Origin: an uncultured Candidatus Saccharibacteria bacterium | GTDB lineage: Bacteria; Patescibacteriota; Saccharimonadia; CAILAD01; BJGX01 | Assembly (NCBI GenBank): GCA_964610335.1 | Contig: CAZSVP010000001.1 | Span: 287,442 to 351,441, forward strand | DNA: 64,000 nt | Direction of reading: 5' to 3' | Program-made: the position numbers and the translations under genes | Shown: positions 30,354-38,771 of the stretch, piece by piece | Layout of the letters: each line of letters opens with the position of its first letter | How positions within the stretch are numbered: the stretch's first letter is position 1 | Notes under the pieces: model-generated | The model's input: the letters and a program-made list of their open reading frames with translations, nothing else | Told to the model about the DNA's origin: nothing | Databases searched by the model: none

Positions 30354-31639
30354 TGACTGCCAAGCATACCATTTCTACCTTGCCCAATGGGGCTAGGCTC
30401 ATAATCACGCCGATGCACGATGCAGATAGCGTATCGGTACATTTCTTTGTTGGAGCTGGTGGACGCTATGAGAAGAACCCAGCCGACCATGGCGCAGCTC
30501 ACTTTATCGAACACTTGCTATTCAAGGGCACGCATAAGCGTCCCAAGGCTAAGATTATCGCTGAGGCAGTAAATGGAGTGGGTGGCATTATGAATGCTTA
30601 CACCACGCCAGATCATACTAGCTATTACATCAAGTTACCCAAGAAACACTTTGAGCTGGCCACAGATATATTGGCAGATATTCTTACCGATCCACTGTTT
30701 GACCCAGAAGAAATTGAGCGTGAACGACAAGTGGTGATTGAAGAGATGGACATGTTCAATGATGACCCAGCTCGCAATGTTTATGACTTTGTGGGGCCTC
30801 TGTTGTGGCCTGATTCTACTTTGCAAACCAATGTGATTGGTACCAAGAAAAGTGTCAATGGAATTACACGCACTCAGCTGCAACATTACTTTGGTAGTCT
30901 CTATACCATGGACAATTTGGTGGTGTCTATTGCCGGCAACATTGGACTCAAGGATGCAGAGGCTAGAGTAAATACGCTTTTACAACCATTCTCTAGTAAG
31001 CGTAAGGTAGGATATGACAAGAATATTGGTGGGCTAAGTGACATACGCAGTAAGATTGTCGAACAAGCCACCAATCAAACACATCTAGTGGTTGCCGGCC
31101 GCGCACCGCACATTGATGCCGATGATGAGGCTACTGTCAAAGTGCTAGCCACAATCTTAGGTGGTGGTATGAGCTCACGGCTGTTTCTCAATGTTCGTGA
31201 AGAGAAAGGCTTGGCCTACAACATCAATATGGATGTCAGTAACTATGTAGATAGTGGTAGTTTTGAGATCTATGCTGGCATACACAACGAAAAGGTCGAG
31301 TTGGCGTTGAAGGCTATAGTCGATGAGCTGCACAAAATTGCCGATACAGCAGTGCCCTTAGATGAACTACACAAAGCACAAGAGCAGCTGCGCGGAAGGC
31401 TTATTATGGGCTTAGAAAACAATGCTGCAGTTGCAGATATGTTGGGAGGCCAACTAATCGTAGCTGGACGTACTTGGACCTTAGGCGAGATATTGTCTAC
31501 AATAGATCAAGTAACTGTCGAAGATGTTCAGAAGGCTGCGCGGAAATACCTACAAGATGACGGACTGAGACTAGCCTTGATTGGCCCGCACACCAAGAAA
31601 ACCACCGACAAACTTGAAGCAATAATTTCGAAAGGATAA
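30353..31639 (+). CDS. M16 family zinc peptidase (pitrilysin-like)
   Basis: Inverted zinc motif HFIEHLLFKGT (HxxEH). 428 aa. Confidence 0.8.
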   Translation: MTAKHTISTLPNGARLIITPMHDADSVSVHFFVGAGGRYEKNPADHGAAHFIEHLLFKGTHKRPKAKIIAEAVNGVGGIMNAYTTPDHTSYYIKLPKKHFELATDILADILTDPLFDPEEIERERQVVIEEMDMFNDDPARNVYDFVGPLLWPDSTLQTNVIGTKKSVNGITRTQLQHYFGSLYTMDNLVVSIAGNIGLKDAEARVNTLLQPFSSKRKVGYDKNIGGLSDIRSKIVEQATNQTHLVVAGRAPHIDADDEATVKVLATILGGGMSSRLFLNVREEKGLAYNINMDVSNYVDSGSFEIYAGIHNEKVELALKAIVDELHKIADTAVPLDELHKAQEQLRGRLIMGLENNAAVADMLGGQLIVAGRTWTLGEILSTIDQVTVEDVQKAARKYLQDDGLRLALIGPHTKKTTDKLEAIISKG

Positions 31640-31643
31640 ATAC

Positions 31644-32267
31644 ATGTCAGACAAAATTATTCCAGCCAATCCTGAAAGGCTTGATCAATTACGGCGCGAA
31701 CGGACATTGGTACTGATCAAGCCAGATGCAGTAATGCGCAAACTAGTGGGGGAAATTGTGTCACGATTTGAGCGCAAAGGCCTAAAGCTGGTAGCTATGA
31801 AGATGCAACTTCCATCCAAAGAGCAGGTTAGCAAACACTATACCGATAGCGAGGAGTGGCTAAATAGTTCAGGCCAACGCACTTATGATGGCTATATTGA
31901 GAAGGGTATGAAACCACCAGCCGAACCACGTGAGTTAGCTCTTAACACACGCCGTAAATTGATGGAAAGCCTGGCAGCAGGTCCAGTTGTAGCTATGGTG
32001 CTCGAAGGCGCCCATTCAATAGAAGTGGTACGCAAGATGCGAGGGGCCACTAGCCCGCTTACTGCCGATGTGGGTACAATTGGATTCGACTATAGTTTGG
32101 AGAGCTACGAGCTCTCAGATTCTGGAGATTGGGCTATCAAAAACATTATTCATGCTTCTGACAGCGTTGAGAATGCCAAGCTTGAGATGGATATATGGTT
32201 TGACCAGGGCGATATCAACGACTACAACTCAGCAGAAGACCATATCCTATATAGCAAGGATTGGTAA
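31644..32267 (+). CDS. ndk: Nucleoside diphosphate kinase (extended form)
   Basis: NDK N-terminal motif ERTLVLIKPDAVMRKLVGEIVSRFERKGLKLVAMK. 207 aa with insertions. Confidence 0.7.
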   Translation: MSDKIIPANPERLDQLRRERTLVLIKPDAVMRKLVGEIVSRFERKGLKLVAMKMQLPSKEQVSKHYTDSEEWLNSSGQRTYDGYIEKGMKPPAEPRELALNTRRKLMESLAAGPVVAMVLEGAHSIEVVRKMRGATSPLTADVGTIGFDYSLESYELSDSGDWAIKNIIHASDSVENAKLEMDIWFDQGDINDYNSAEDHILYSKDW

Positions 32268-32644
32268 CCATGAACTCATACCAACGCCGCATCGACCAAT
32301 TCGCTCGCGATCGTGATTGGGCGCAGTTTCATAATCCCAAGGATTTGTTGCTTGGTATAGTCGAAGAGGTGAGTGAGATACGCAATATCGTCAAATGGGA
32401 ACAAGACCCCAAGGTGTTGCACCAAGTACTCGAGGACAACAAAGCTGAGTTAGCTGACAATATAGGTGATATGTACTGGTTTATAGCCCTACTTGCCAAC
32501 CAACATGGCATCAACATCGACGAGGCCGCCGATGAGGTGATCAAGGCGAACGAGAAGCGGTTCCCACTGGCAGATACCAAGGCCCGCCATACCAACCGCT
32601 ATCTAGGCGGTAAAGACAAGCAATACGACGACAAAACGAAATAA
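32261..32644 (+). CDS. MazG-like nucleoside triphosphate pyrophosphohydrolase
   Basis: 127-aa all-alpha NTP-PPase (…LGIVEEVSEIRN…ELADNIGDMYWFIALLANQHGI…). Confidence 0.65.
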   Translation: MVTMNSYQRRIDQFARDRDWAQFHNPKDLLLGIVEEVSEIRNIVKWEQDPKVLHQVLEDNKAELADNIGDMYWFIALLANQHGINIDEAADEVIKANEKRFPLADTKARHTNRYLGGKDKQYDDKTK

Positions 32645-32648
32645 TTAC

Positions 32649-32723
32649 TGGTGCCCCCGCTCCGATTCGAACGGAGATCTACTCCTTAGGAGGGAATTGT
32701 TCTATCCATTGAACTACGGGGAC
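32649..32723 (-). tRNA. tRNA-Arg (anticodon CCT)
   Basis: Hand-folded cloverleaf: acceptor GTCCCCG/CGGGGGC, D stem gttc/gaac, anticodon stem attcc/ggagt with loop ctCCTaa, T arm ccgttcgaatcgg, encoded CCA. Confidence 0.8.
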
Positions 32724-32833
32724 GTAACGGCTATTATACCTTTTGCCTCCTATCTTGACAACAGATAACATTGGTTGTATAGTTTGAGGTCCTATTCGCG
32801 ACCTTTTGGTCATGTACCTATTGGAGGTGGGCC

Positions 32834-33283
32834 ATGCCCATCTGTTACTTCTGTGGTCTGGTGGACCGCGCCAGTGGAGCCAGCAAGTGTCCGAGCTGCG
32901 AGAACAGCTACAGCAGCCGTCCTGGTGATGAAGCCGCCGGCCCGATCAGCATCGAGCCACAAGCGACCATCCAGTTGCCGCCGCATCTCTACGAGGTGCG
33001 CTACAACGAGGGTGGACGAGATATGGCTCAGGTCATCGTCGAGGCATCATCGACCCAGCAGGCACGACATCGCGTCTTCTGTTGGCGCAAGAACGAGACC
33101 GGCGTGTTCCTGGACTTGGCCGGCAATCGCATGAGGTTCCTCAGTGGTGATGCCCAGCGCATTCAGCTCAAGAACAACATCACGGCACGCAAGTACCGTG
33201 GTGGACCGGTCACGAGCTACATCACCGAGTCGCCGACCGAGAAGGGCAAGATGATCGTGGTGGAGCTGGCCACCGTCAGCTAG
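32834..33283 (+). CDS. Hypothetical protein with N-terminal zinc ribbon, high-GC (putative horizontally acquired)
   Basis: CYFC…CPSC ribbon at the N-terminus, 149 aa. GC is far above the flanking tRNA/MazG region. Sits immediately beside tRNA-Arg. Confidence 0.4.
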   Translation: MPICYFCGLVDRASGASKCPSCENSYSSRPGDEAAGPISIEPQATIQLPPHLYEVRYNEGGRDMAQVIVEASSTQQARHRVFCWRKNETGVFLDLAGNRMRFLSGDAQRIQLKNNITARKYRGGPVTSYITESPTEKGKMIVVELATVS

Positions 33284-33394
33284 ATCAAGCAATGGCCGTC
33301 GAATGGATCCCGTCTCAGTTTCACTAGCTAGTGATTACTGGGGCGGGTTTCCTGTTTATAGCCGAAATTATTGAGATAGGCTAGAATAAGAGTT

Positions 33395-33949
33395 ATGGCA
33401 ACCAAACGCGATCGTGCTCAAAAAAGGCAATTTGCTGGTCAAGAAGATGACGAACAGGTCATAAAAGTAGCTCATCAGTATCCTGTAGTGATGCGCAAAC
33501 AACTAATTATCTTCTTACTAATACTTTTAGTAGGACTTATACCTTGGGCAATCGCGTATGGTAACAATTATGATTGGCAGAATTATGGCGCACTATGGCT
33601 ACTGATCTGGCTGATTGTATCTATCTTCTATGCTATCCGCAGTTGGGTAAGTTGGTACTACACACTCTACCTGCTTACCAACAAAAGGATTGTTACTGTC
33701 AAACAAGTCGGCTTCTTTAGCCGCAGTGTTACTGATCTGGCGCTCAGCAATATTCAAAACGTCAACTACACTCAGAAGGGTATGCAAGCTATGCTTTTTG
33801 GTTATGGCACTATTAGTGTTGAAACTCTCTCTGGCGCAGGTGGGCTCAAACTTACTTATATCCACCGACCACAGCAACTGCAGCAAGCTATTATGAAGCG
33901 GGTTCACAACGGTTCGCATTTGGACAAATCGGCTTCAGATGGTGTATGA
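33395..33949 (+). CDS. Bacterial PH-domain membrane protein (YdbS/YdbT-like, bPH_2)
   Basis: Two TM helices followed by …YYTLYLLTNKRIVTVKQVGFFSRSVTDLALSNIQNVNYTQKG…. Confidence 0.55.
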   Translation: MATKRDRAQKRQFAGQEDDEQVIKVAHQYPVVMRKQLIIFLLILLVGLIPWAIAYGNNYDWQNYGALWLLIWLIVSIFYAIRSWVSWYYTLYLLTNKRIVTVKQVGFFSRSVTDLALSNIQNVNYTQKGMQAMLFGYGTISVETLSGAGGLKLTYIHRPQQLQQAIMKRVHNGSHLDKSASDGV

Positions 33950-33985
33950 TGGAGCGCATAACTAAAGTTTTGGAGTAATCTTCGT

Positions 33986-35062
33986 ATGCCTAAAGATCCA
34001 GACATCAAGTCCGCAAATAGCAAAAAATCTTCTAAAAAAGCCGAAACCAAAAAGTCGAAGGCAGAGGCAAAGGCCAATGCCAAGAAAACAGATAAGAAAG
34101 CTTCTCTTAGCTCGTTGAAGTTTCAGGATAAGCTCAAAAGGATTGGTGTATCTCATAAGGCCAATAAGAAGACTGTTGCAGCTGTAGTGATTGGCATTGT
34201 GCTGGTAATAGTGATTACTATCACTACCTTTGGTGTGTTGATCTACCGCTATAAGATGAACAACAGAGCGGTGAAGATCGCTGCTCGCGTGGTGCCATAT
34301 CCAGTAGCAAGTGTAAATGGCAACGTGCTTTGGAACACAGTTACTTACAACCAATACCTGTTCGAGTTGGCATCGATTCAGAAGTTTTATCAGTCTCAAG
34401 GTGTTGATCTAAATAGTGAGGATGGCAAGAAGAAACTTGAGCAGCTCAAAAATGATCTGATTACTCAGCTTGAGAACAACATACTTATAGACCAGCAGGC
34501 TAAAAAGTATGGTATTAACATCAGCCAAAAAGAGATTACAACAGAGTTTGACCAACTAGTACAGAACGCCGGCGGTCTCGACAAGGTCAAACAAACTCTC
34601 TCTAAGCTTTATGGATGGTCGATTGATGACTTCAAAGACAAGATTCGCCAAAGCCTTGTCCAAAAGAAGCTTGCTGACAAGATCTTGTCAGACACCGAGC
34701 TCAACAAAACTGCTGAATCCCAAGCCCAGGACGTCCTCAAACAGGTTCAAAATGGTGGTGATTTTGCAGAGCTAGCTAAGAAATACTCTAGCGATGGAAG
34801 TGCCGCAGCAGGTGGTGACCTAGGATTCTTTGCTAAGGGCCAGATGGTACCAGAGTTTGAAAATGCTGCCTTCGCTTTGCAACCAGGCCAAGTAAGTGGT
34901 GTAGTGAAGACCCAATACGGCTACCACATCATCAAAGTTACAGACAAGAAGGATGATCAAGTACGTGCAAGTCATATCTTGATTAAGGGAGTGGACCTAG
35001 AAAGCTGGCTACGAGATCAGCGCGAGAAGGCTAAGATCCAACAATACTTCTTCCCTAACTAA
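33986..35062 (+). CDS. PpiC/parvulin-type peptidyl-prolyl isomerase (PrsA/SurA-like foldase), membrane-anchored
   Basis: Parvulin signature …[59 protein letters not shown]…. Lys-rich N-terminus plus one TM. Confidence 0.75.
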   Translation: MPKDPDIKSANSKKSSKKAETKKSKAEAKANAKKTDKKASLSSLKFQDKLKRIGVSHKANKKTVAAVVIGIVLVIVITITTFGVLIYRYKMNNRAVKIAARVVPYPVASVNGNVLWNTVTYNQYLFELASIQKFYQSQGVDLNSEDGKKKLEQLKNDLITQLENNILIDQQAKKYGINISQKEITTEFDQLVQNAGGLDKVKQTLSKLYGWSIDDFKDKIRQSLVQKKLADKILSDTELNKTAESQAQDVLKQVQNGGDFAELAKKYSSDGSAAAGGDLGFFAKGQMVPEFENAAFALQPGQVSGVVKTQYGYHIIKVTDKKDDQVRASHILIKGVDLESWLRDQREKAKIQQYFFPN

Positions 35063-35077
35063 AGACTCTTCTCATTC

Positions 35078-35112
35078 AAAAAACTCCCCCTAAAAGGGGA
35101 GTTTTTGTTTTG
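35078..35112 (+). terminator. Rho-independent terminator (aaaaaactcccc-ctaaaa-ggggagtttttgtttt)
   Basis: Perfect stem flanked by an A-run and a T-run (bidirectional geometry). Confidence 0.6.
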
Positions 35113-35307
35113 TTTACGCCTCCGCTGTAGGAGGATGGGCTTTCGCTGTTGGAAGATAATGTTAGTTTGAAAAAAGTATATTACTTGTGCTAAGCTAAGA
35201 TCATGAGATTAACCCACAAACTAACCACATGGTCATCCTTTGTTCGAGAAGCTGCCTCTACCGCACGAGGGGTTAGTTTGTAACTTGTAACTGTATACAT
35301 TTTTTAT

Positions 35308-35336
35308 AGGCTGCCCTCTCGGGCAGTTTTTTGTTG
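35308..35336 (+). terminator. Rho-independent terminator-like hairpin (ctgccc-tctc-gggcag + TTTTTTG) in an intergenic region
   Basis: 6-bp GC stem plus a T6 run not attached to any annotated CDS. May terminate a small RNA (see findings). Confidence 0.35.
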
Positions 35337-35362
35337 CCTGAGAGTACATTGAAAGGAGTCAT

Positions 35363-35593
35363 ATGGTAGCCATACTAGAGAGCGAAGGTCATGGCAGGGT
35401 AGCAGATCTGCTGCTTTTGCTAGAGCAGTGTTGTAGCGGATGCGATCTGGCATTTGTGGAGAGTGATCTTTACGAAGGTGTCTACGATCGTGTCTTCCGT
35501 CGCAGCTATGTTATCCATCCGGATTGTTGGGAGCTCCTTCTCAACCGTGTCAAAAGGAGTAACTATGGACGAGATCTTTCCTGGCAGCGTTAA
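35363..35593 (+). CDS. Small hypothetical protein (76 aa), first gene of the high-GC island
   Basis: Good RBS (aaaggagtc) 6 nt before the ATG. Overlaps the AlkB-like gene start. Confidence 0.3.
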   Translation: MVAILESEGHGRVADLLLLLEQCCSGCDLAFVESDLYEGVYDRVFRRSYVIHPDCWELLLNRVKRSNYGRDLSWQR

Positions 35594-36227
35594 CTTCGAT
35601 GCTTTACTGAGGCAAGTGTCACTTACAGGAGGGGCGTTTGAGCCCCACGCTATGAGCCGTGGGGCGATCAGAGCAGTATTGACGGAGTTTGAACAGCTAG
35701 AGTTTACTCGGTACAGGCGTGGCCCTGAGTGGCCAGTGAGGGAGTGTTACGAGGTAGTTAGAGCACGTCATCACGAGCGAGCCGACATGCCAGTGCTTAC
35801 ATCTATTGGCGATGAACTGGGCTGGCAAGCAAGGTTGCCGTCTATACGTGGCCTAAACAACAGGCTTTGGTACCCCAACTATGTAAATGTGTTGCGGTAC
35901 TATGCTGAGAGTGAAGATGTCATCAGTGTTCATCGTGACTTTAGCTACGATCACTATTTGATCGGAGTGCTGACAGTTGAGGGTTATACGGAGTTCGCCT
36001 TTCATGGTGAGTCAGTAGTAGACGATCCAGTTATCTGGCAGCTTGGCCCTGGTAGTTTGGTGTTAATGCGCGGAACTGGCCTGGATAGTAGTGGCGTTCG
36101 GCCCTATCATGAGCCCAAACCGCCCAAGCAGGGTAGGCGTACGGCGCTGGTATATCGCATGGATATACGCTTACTTGAGCAAGTAGAGGCTCAATTAGCA
36201 GATTCTGGTGGCGCATATGACGACTGA
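35565..36227 (+). CDS. AlkB-like Fe(II)/2-oxoglutarate-dependent dioxygenase (putative nucleic-acid demethylase), high-GC
   Basis: Start after RBS aaaaggagt. Motifs in AlkB order: HRD (HxD), FHGES (second His), GSLVLMRGTG (cf. AlkB GDVVVWGG), RTALVYRMD (cf. RYNLTFR). Confidence 0.5.
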   Translation: MDEIFPGSVNFDALLRQVSLTGGAFEPHAMSRGAIRAVLTEFEQLEFTRYRRGPEWPVRECYEVVRARHHERADMPVLTSIGDELGWQARLPSIRGLNNRLWYPNYVNVLRYYAESEDVISVHRDFSYDHYLIGVLTVEGYTEFAFHGESVVDDPVIWQLGPGSLVLMRGTGLDSSGVRPYHEPKPPKQGRRTALVYRMDIRLLEQVEAQLADSGGAYDD

Positions 36228-36236
36228 AATGGACGA

Positions 36237-36270
36237 GGTCCCGTCCCGGTAATGAAACTGGGACGGGACC
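36237..36270. terminator. GC-rich palindromic hairpin (ggtcccgtccc-ggtaatgaaact-gggacgggacc), no T-tract
   Basis: 11-bp perfect inverted repeat between the convergent AlkB-like gene (+) and a small minus-strand ORF. Shares the GACGGGAC arm motif with the hairpin at 12187. Confidence 0.35.
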
Positions 36271-36301
36271 TTGGACCTTGAGAAGCAACCAAAACCGCTG
36301 T

Positions 36302-36496
36302 TCAGACTTGATTGCTATGGATGGATCGGCTGCGAGCGAGCTTGATGAGCTTGCTCATGAGGTTGGGGTGTTCGATCTCGAGCCGTACGCTCACTCGCTT
36401 GTTCTTGCTGAGCTCGTCGCGAGCGGTACCGATCACGAAGTGTATGGGGTGCGGCACATCCCACCACGCCTTGCGAACAAATTGAATTGCAGCCAT
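36302..36496 (-). CDS. Small hypothetical protein (64 aa), cassette 1 of the minus-strand array
   Basis: Preceded on the minus strand by the junction motif GGCGTTTGTCG, an AT-rich promoter-like stretch and gaaagga before the ATG. The overlapping + strand ORF 36278-36529 is the alternative reading. Confidence 0.25.
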   Translation of the reverse strand: MAAIQFVRKAWWDVPHPIHFVIGTARDELSKNKRVSVRLEIEHPNLMSKLIKLARSRSIHSNQV

Positions 36497-36632
36497 CTTG
36501 GGTATCCTTTCGTTGGCTACCGATTTTAGGTCTGGCCGGAGTATAACCTATAACGTTTTGATAGTAAACAGTATATATACGACAAACGCCCCTAAGCGGG
36601 GCGCCGGTCGAGGCACAGCCTAAGGGCGGGAA

Positions 36633-37088
36633 CTAGGGGACGATCACGTCGGCACGGGTCAAGATGTGCCGAACTCCCTCGAGACGTGCCACCTCATCGG
36701 TGGCCTTACGATCTTCCAACTGGGCAAGTCTCTCGGGTCGTAGCCGATCGTAGATGTCGGCCAGGCGGACCTTGCCTCCCGATGGATCAGCGGCAGCGCG
36801 AGTGGCGGCTTGCTCGAGGGTTTCACCCTCTGTACGAGTCACTGACAGAAGCGTTCCGATCAGTGGTGCGCTCCAGCCCAACTCGAGCATCTTCTCAGGG
36901 GTGATGGCACTACGCTCGAAGATGTCGTGGAGCACTCCTGCGGCCTGCACGTTCTCAGGCTCGCCGACGTCGCGCAGTCGTTGCATCACGCGCAGCGGAT
37001 GCAATATGTACGGCTCGTCGAGCAGCGGATCGGACTGACCGTAGTGAGCTTCCATGGCCAGTTTGATAGCATCTTCCAGTGTTGGCAC
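36633..37088 (-). CDS. Small alarmone hydrolase-like HD-domain protein (RelA/SpoT-type (p)ppGpp hydrolase domain only), high-GC
   Basis: AMEAHYGQSDPLLDEPYILHPLRVMQRL…AAGVLHDIFERSAITPEKMLELGWSAPLIGTLLSVTR matches the HD_4/SpoT hydrolase signature (HxGQ…PY..HP…HD..E). 151 aa. Confidence 0.6.
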   Translation of the reverse strand: MPTLEDAIKLAMEAHYGQSDPLLDEPYILHPLRVMQRLRDVGEPENVQAAGVLHDIFERSAITPEKMLELGWSAPLIGTLLSVTRTEGETLEQAATRAAADPSGGKVRLADIYDRLRPERLAQLEDRKATDEVARLEGVRHILTRADVIVP

Positions 37089-37099
37089 TACAACCTCCC

Positions 37100-37130
37100 A
37101 GTTGTGTGTATTTCGGGGTTCGAGGTGGGT
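37100..37130 (-). promoter_or_regulatory. AT-rich sigma70-like promoter driving the HD gene (minus strand: TTGACA-N17-TAGTAT region)
   Basis: Minus-strand reading …cgtcttgacaacactagcaataatgttagtatagtaccc…. Embedded in otherwise GC-rich DNA. Confidence 0.35.
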
Positions 37131-37258
37131 ACTATACTAACATTATTGCTAGTGTTGTCAAGACGTAGCTAATTCGATTAGTTAAAACGAGAAACGCCCC
37201 GCAGGGCACGAGCAGTCGTAGTATGACTGTTTCTCGACGCCGCGAGGCGCGTTCGGGA

Positions 37259-37669
37259 TCAATTCGGATCCCAGCTACGGATGTATGTGCCGCAATTGGC
37301 ACAGTGGACGTCGGCCTCGCGCAGCACTTTGTTGAAGTTGCGCATGGTGGTGTCACTGCTGCCACAGCTCGGGCAGTGGTTGCGAGCCTTGTAAGCTGCC
37401 AGATATGGGCCGATGCAGTCGGTGCAGTACAGCGCGCTGCAGGGGCCGGTCGCACGGTTCTGGTCGGTGATTGGCTGGTAGCAGTGCTGGCAGTGGTCGC
37501 GCGCGGTCTTGGTGGGGTCGTCGATGCGGAAGAGAAGCACGATGCCACCGGAGCCGTGGTAGGCATGTGCACCGTCGGAGTGGGCTTCGCGGTCGCAGCT
37601 CCAGATGCCATCTTCGCCAAGGGCCTGGCCGCACAGCTTGGTTGCAACAGGGTGAGTCGTGATTGGCAT
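37259..37669 (-). CDS. Cysteine-rich (multi zinc-ribbon) hypothetical protein, high-GC
   Basis: Start at MPITTHP after RBS ggaggcagcc. Multiple CxxC pairs (CQHC, CTDC, CPSC, CANC). Own promoter (ttgcac-N17-cataat) on the minus strand. Confidence 0.4.
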   Translation of the reverse strand: MPITTHPVATKLCGQALGEDGIWSCDREAHSDGAHAYHGSGGIVLLFRIDDPTKTARDHCQHCYQPITDQNRATGPCSALYCTDCIGPYLAAYKARNHCPSCGSSDTTMRNFNKVLREADVHCANCGTYIRSWDPN

Positions 37670-37922
37670 GGCTGCCTCCAGTACGTTTCGGACAATAGAC
37701 TCAAAGCGCATTATGGCACTTCGTGGCTGGATTGTGCAAACATAGCCTTATAGATGATAAACGAGAAACGCCTTCTTGAGAGCGACAGTATACTTCGCGA
37801 CTTTTTTGCCTGCTTAGGCGGCCTCGATCCGGATAGCGGCATATTGCTTTGCATCTGCCTAACCGGCTTCGCCGGTTTAATTAGAACAAACTCTAACATA
37901 GAAAAAACCCCACTTGTGTGAG

Positions 37923-37999
37923 GTTCTTTCTATGGCGGGCCCGACCGGATTTGAACCGGCGATCTCCTCCGTGACAGGGAGGCGTGTTAGGCCACTACA
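37923..37999 (-). tRNA. tRNA-Asp (anticodon GTC)
   Basis: Hand-folded: acceptor GGGCCCG/CGGGCCC, anticodon stem cctcc/ggagg with loop ctGTCac, T arm ccggttcaaatccgg, encoded CCA. AT-rich host-like flanks. Minus-strand terminator hairpins at 37860-37920. Confidence 0.85.
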
Positions 38000-38153
38000 C
38001 CACGGGCCCTCGTCCAAATAAGAATTTTTAACCTGGTTATTTTACCAAAAAACTGGTTTTTGATCAATCACTACTTTGACCTCAAGCCAATCTTTGCGCT
38101 ACAGTATGGTTACTGTTCGCATTCTTCACAAGTTCGACAGAGAGGAGCAGCAC

Positions 38154-38771
38154 ATGCTGCCCAAGTTTCACCTCATCAAGTTGTGTGTTGGTGTACAGGA
38201 GTTGATTGGCCACAAGAGTAGTGGTGAGCCGGTACATTCGGCTATCCGCAAGCGGCCCATCGGGAACGCGGCTCGTAGGCTGACACTGACAGGTTTGGAG
38301 GGCGACGAGCAAGTACAGCGCGAGGATATTCGCGATGGCAAGCCTGTTCACGGCGGCACAGAGAAGGCTCTCTACGCCTATCCAATCGAGCACTACCCAT
38401 CGTGGGAGAGAGCACTTGGTTTGCACACCACCTTGACTGCCGGAGCGTTAGGTGAGAATCTCACAATCCATGGTCTGCGCGAAGCAGACTGCTACGTAGG
38501 TGATGTGTGGGCGATTGGGGATGCACAGCTGCGTGTTACCAAACCCAGGCAGCCTTGCTACAAGTTCAACATTCACATGGGCACGCCCCTGGCTGGCAAG
38601 CTCATGTGGCAGAGCGGCCACTGTGGCTGGTATCTGGAAGTGCTCACGCCAGGTGAACTGCTGCCACGTTGCGGTGAAGTGGAGGTTGTAGAGCGTTACG
38701 AGCAAGCACCAAGCATCGCAGAGGTGTTCGCTCAAAAGCGCTCCAAGACTGGTGGAAGGGTCGCTTCATGA
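38154..38771 (+). CDS. MOSC-domain protein (YiiM-like), high-GC
   Basis: RBS agaggagc. Beta-barrel MOSC features including …GENLTIHGL… and a conserved Cys in …KPRQPCYKFNIHMG…. 205 aa. Confidence 0.55.
   Translation: MLPKFHLIKLCVGVQELIGHKSSGEPVHSAIRKRPIGNAARRLTLTGLEGDEQVQREDIRDGKPVHGGTEKALYAYPIEHYPSWERALGLHTTLTAGALGENLTIHGLREADCYVGDVWAIGDAQLRVTKPRQPCYKFNIHMGTPLAGKLMWQSGHCGWYLEVLTPGELLPRCGEVEVVERYEQAPSIAEVFAQKRSKTGGRVAS

Noticed and set aside
36278-36529. 83-aa + strand ORF as an alternative to the 64-aa minus-strand ORF
   Set aside because: No RBS or promoter on the + strand. The minus-strand alternative fits the repeated motif-promoter-RBS cassette pattern. Both remain low confidence.
37132-37753. 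Overlapping 190-aa (-), 176-aa (+) and 93-aa (-) ORFs across the Cys-rich gene region
   Set aside because: GC-rich stop-poor frames. Only the 37259-37669 minus frame has a promoter, an RBS and a Cys-ribbon pattern.
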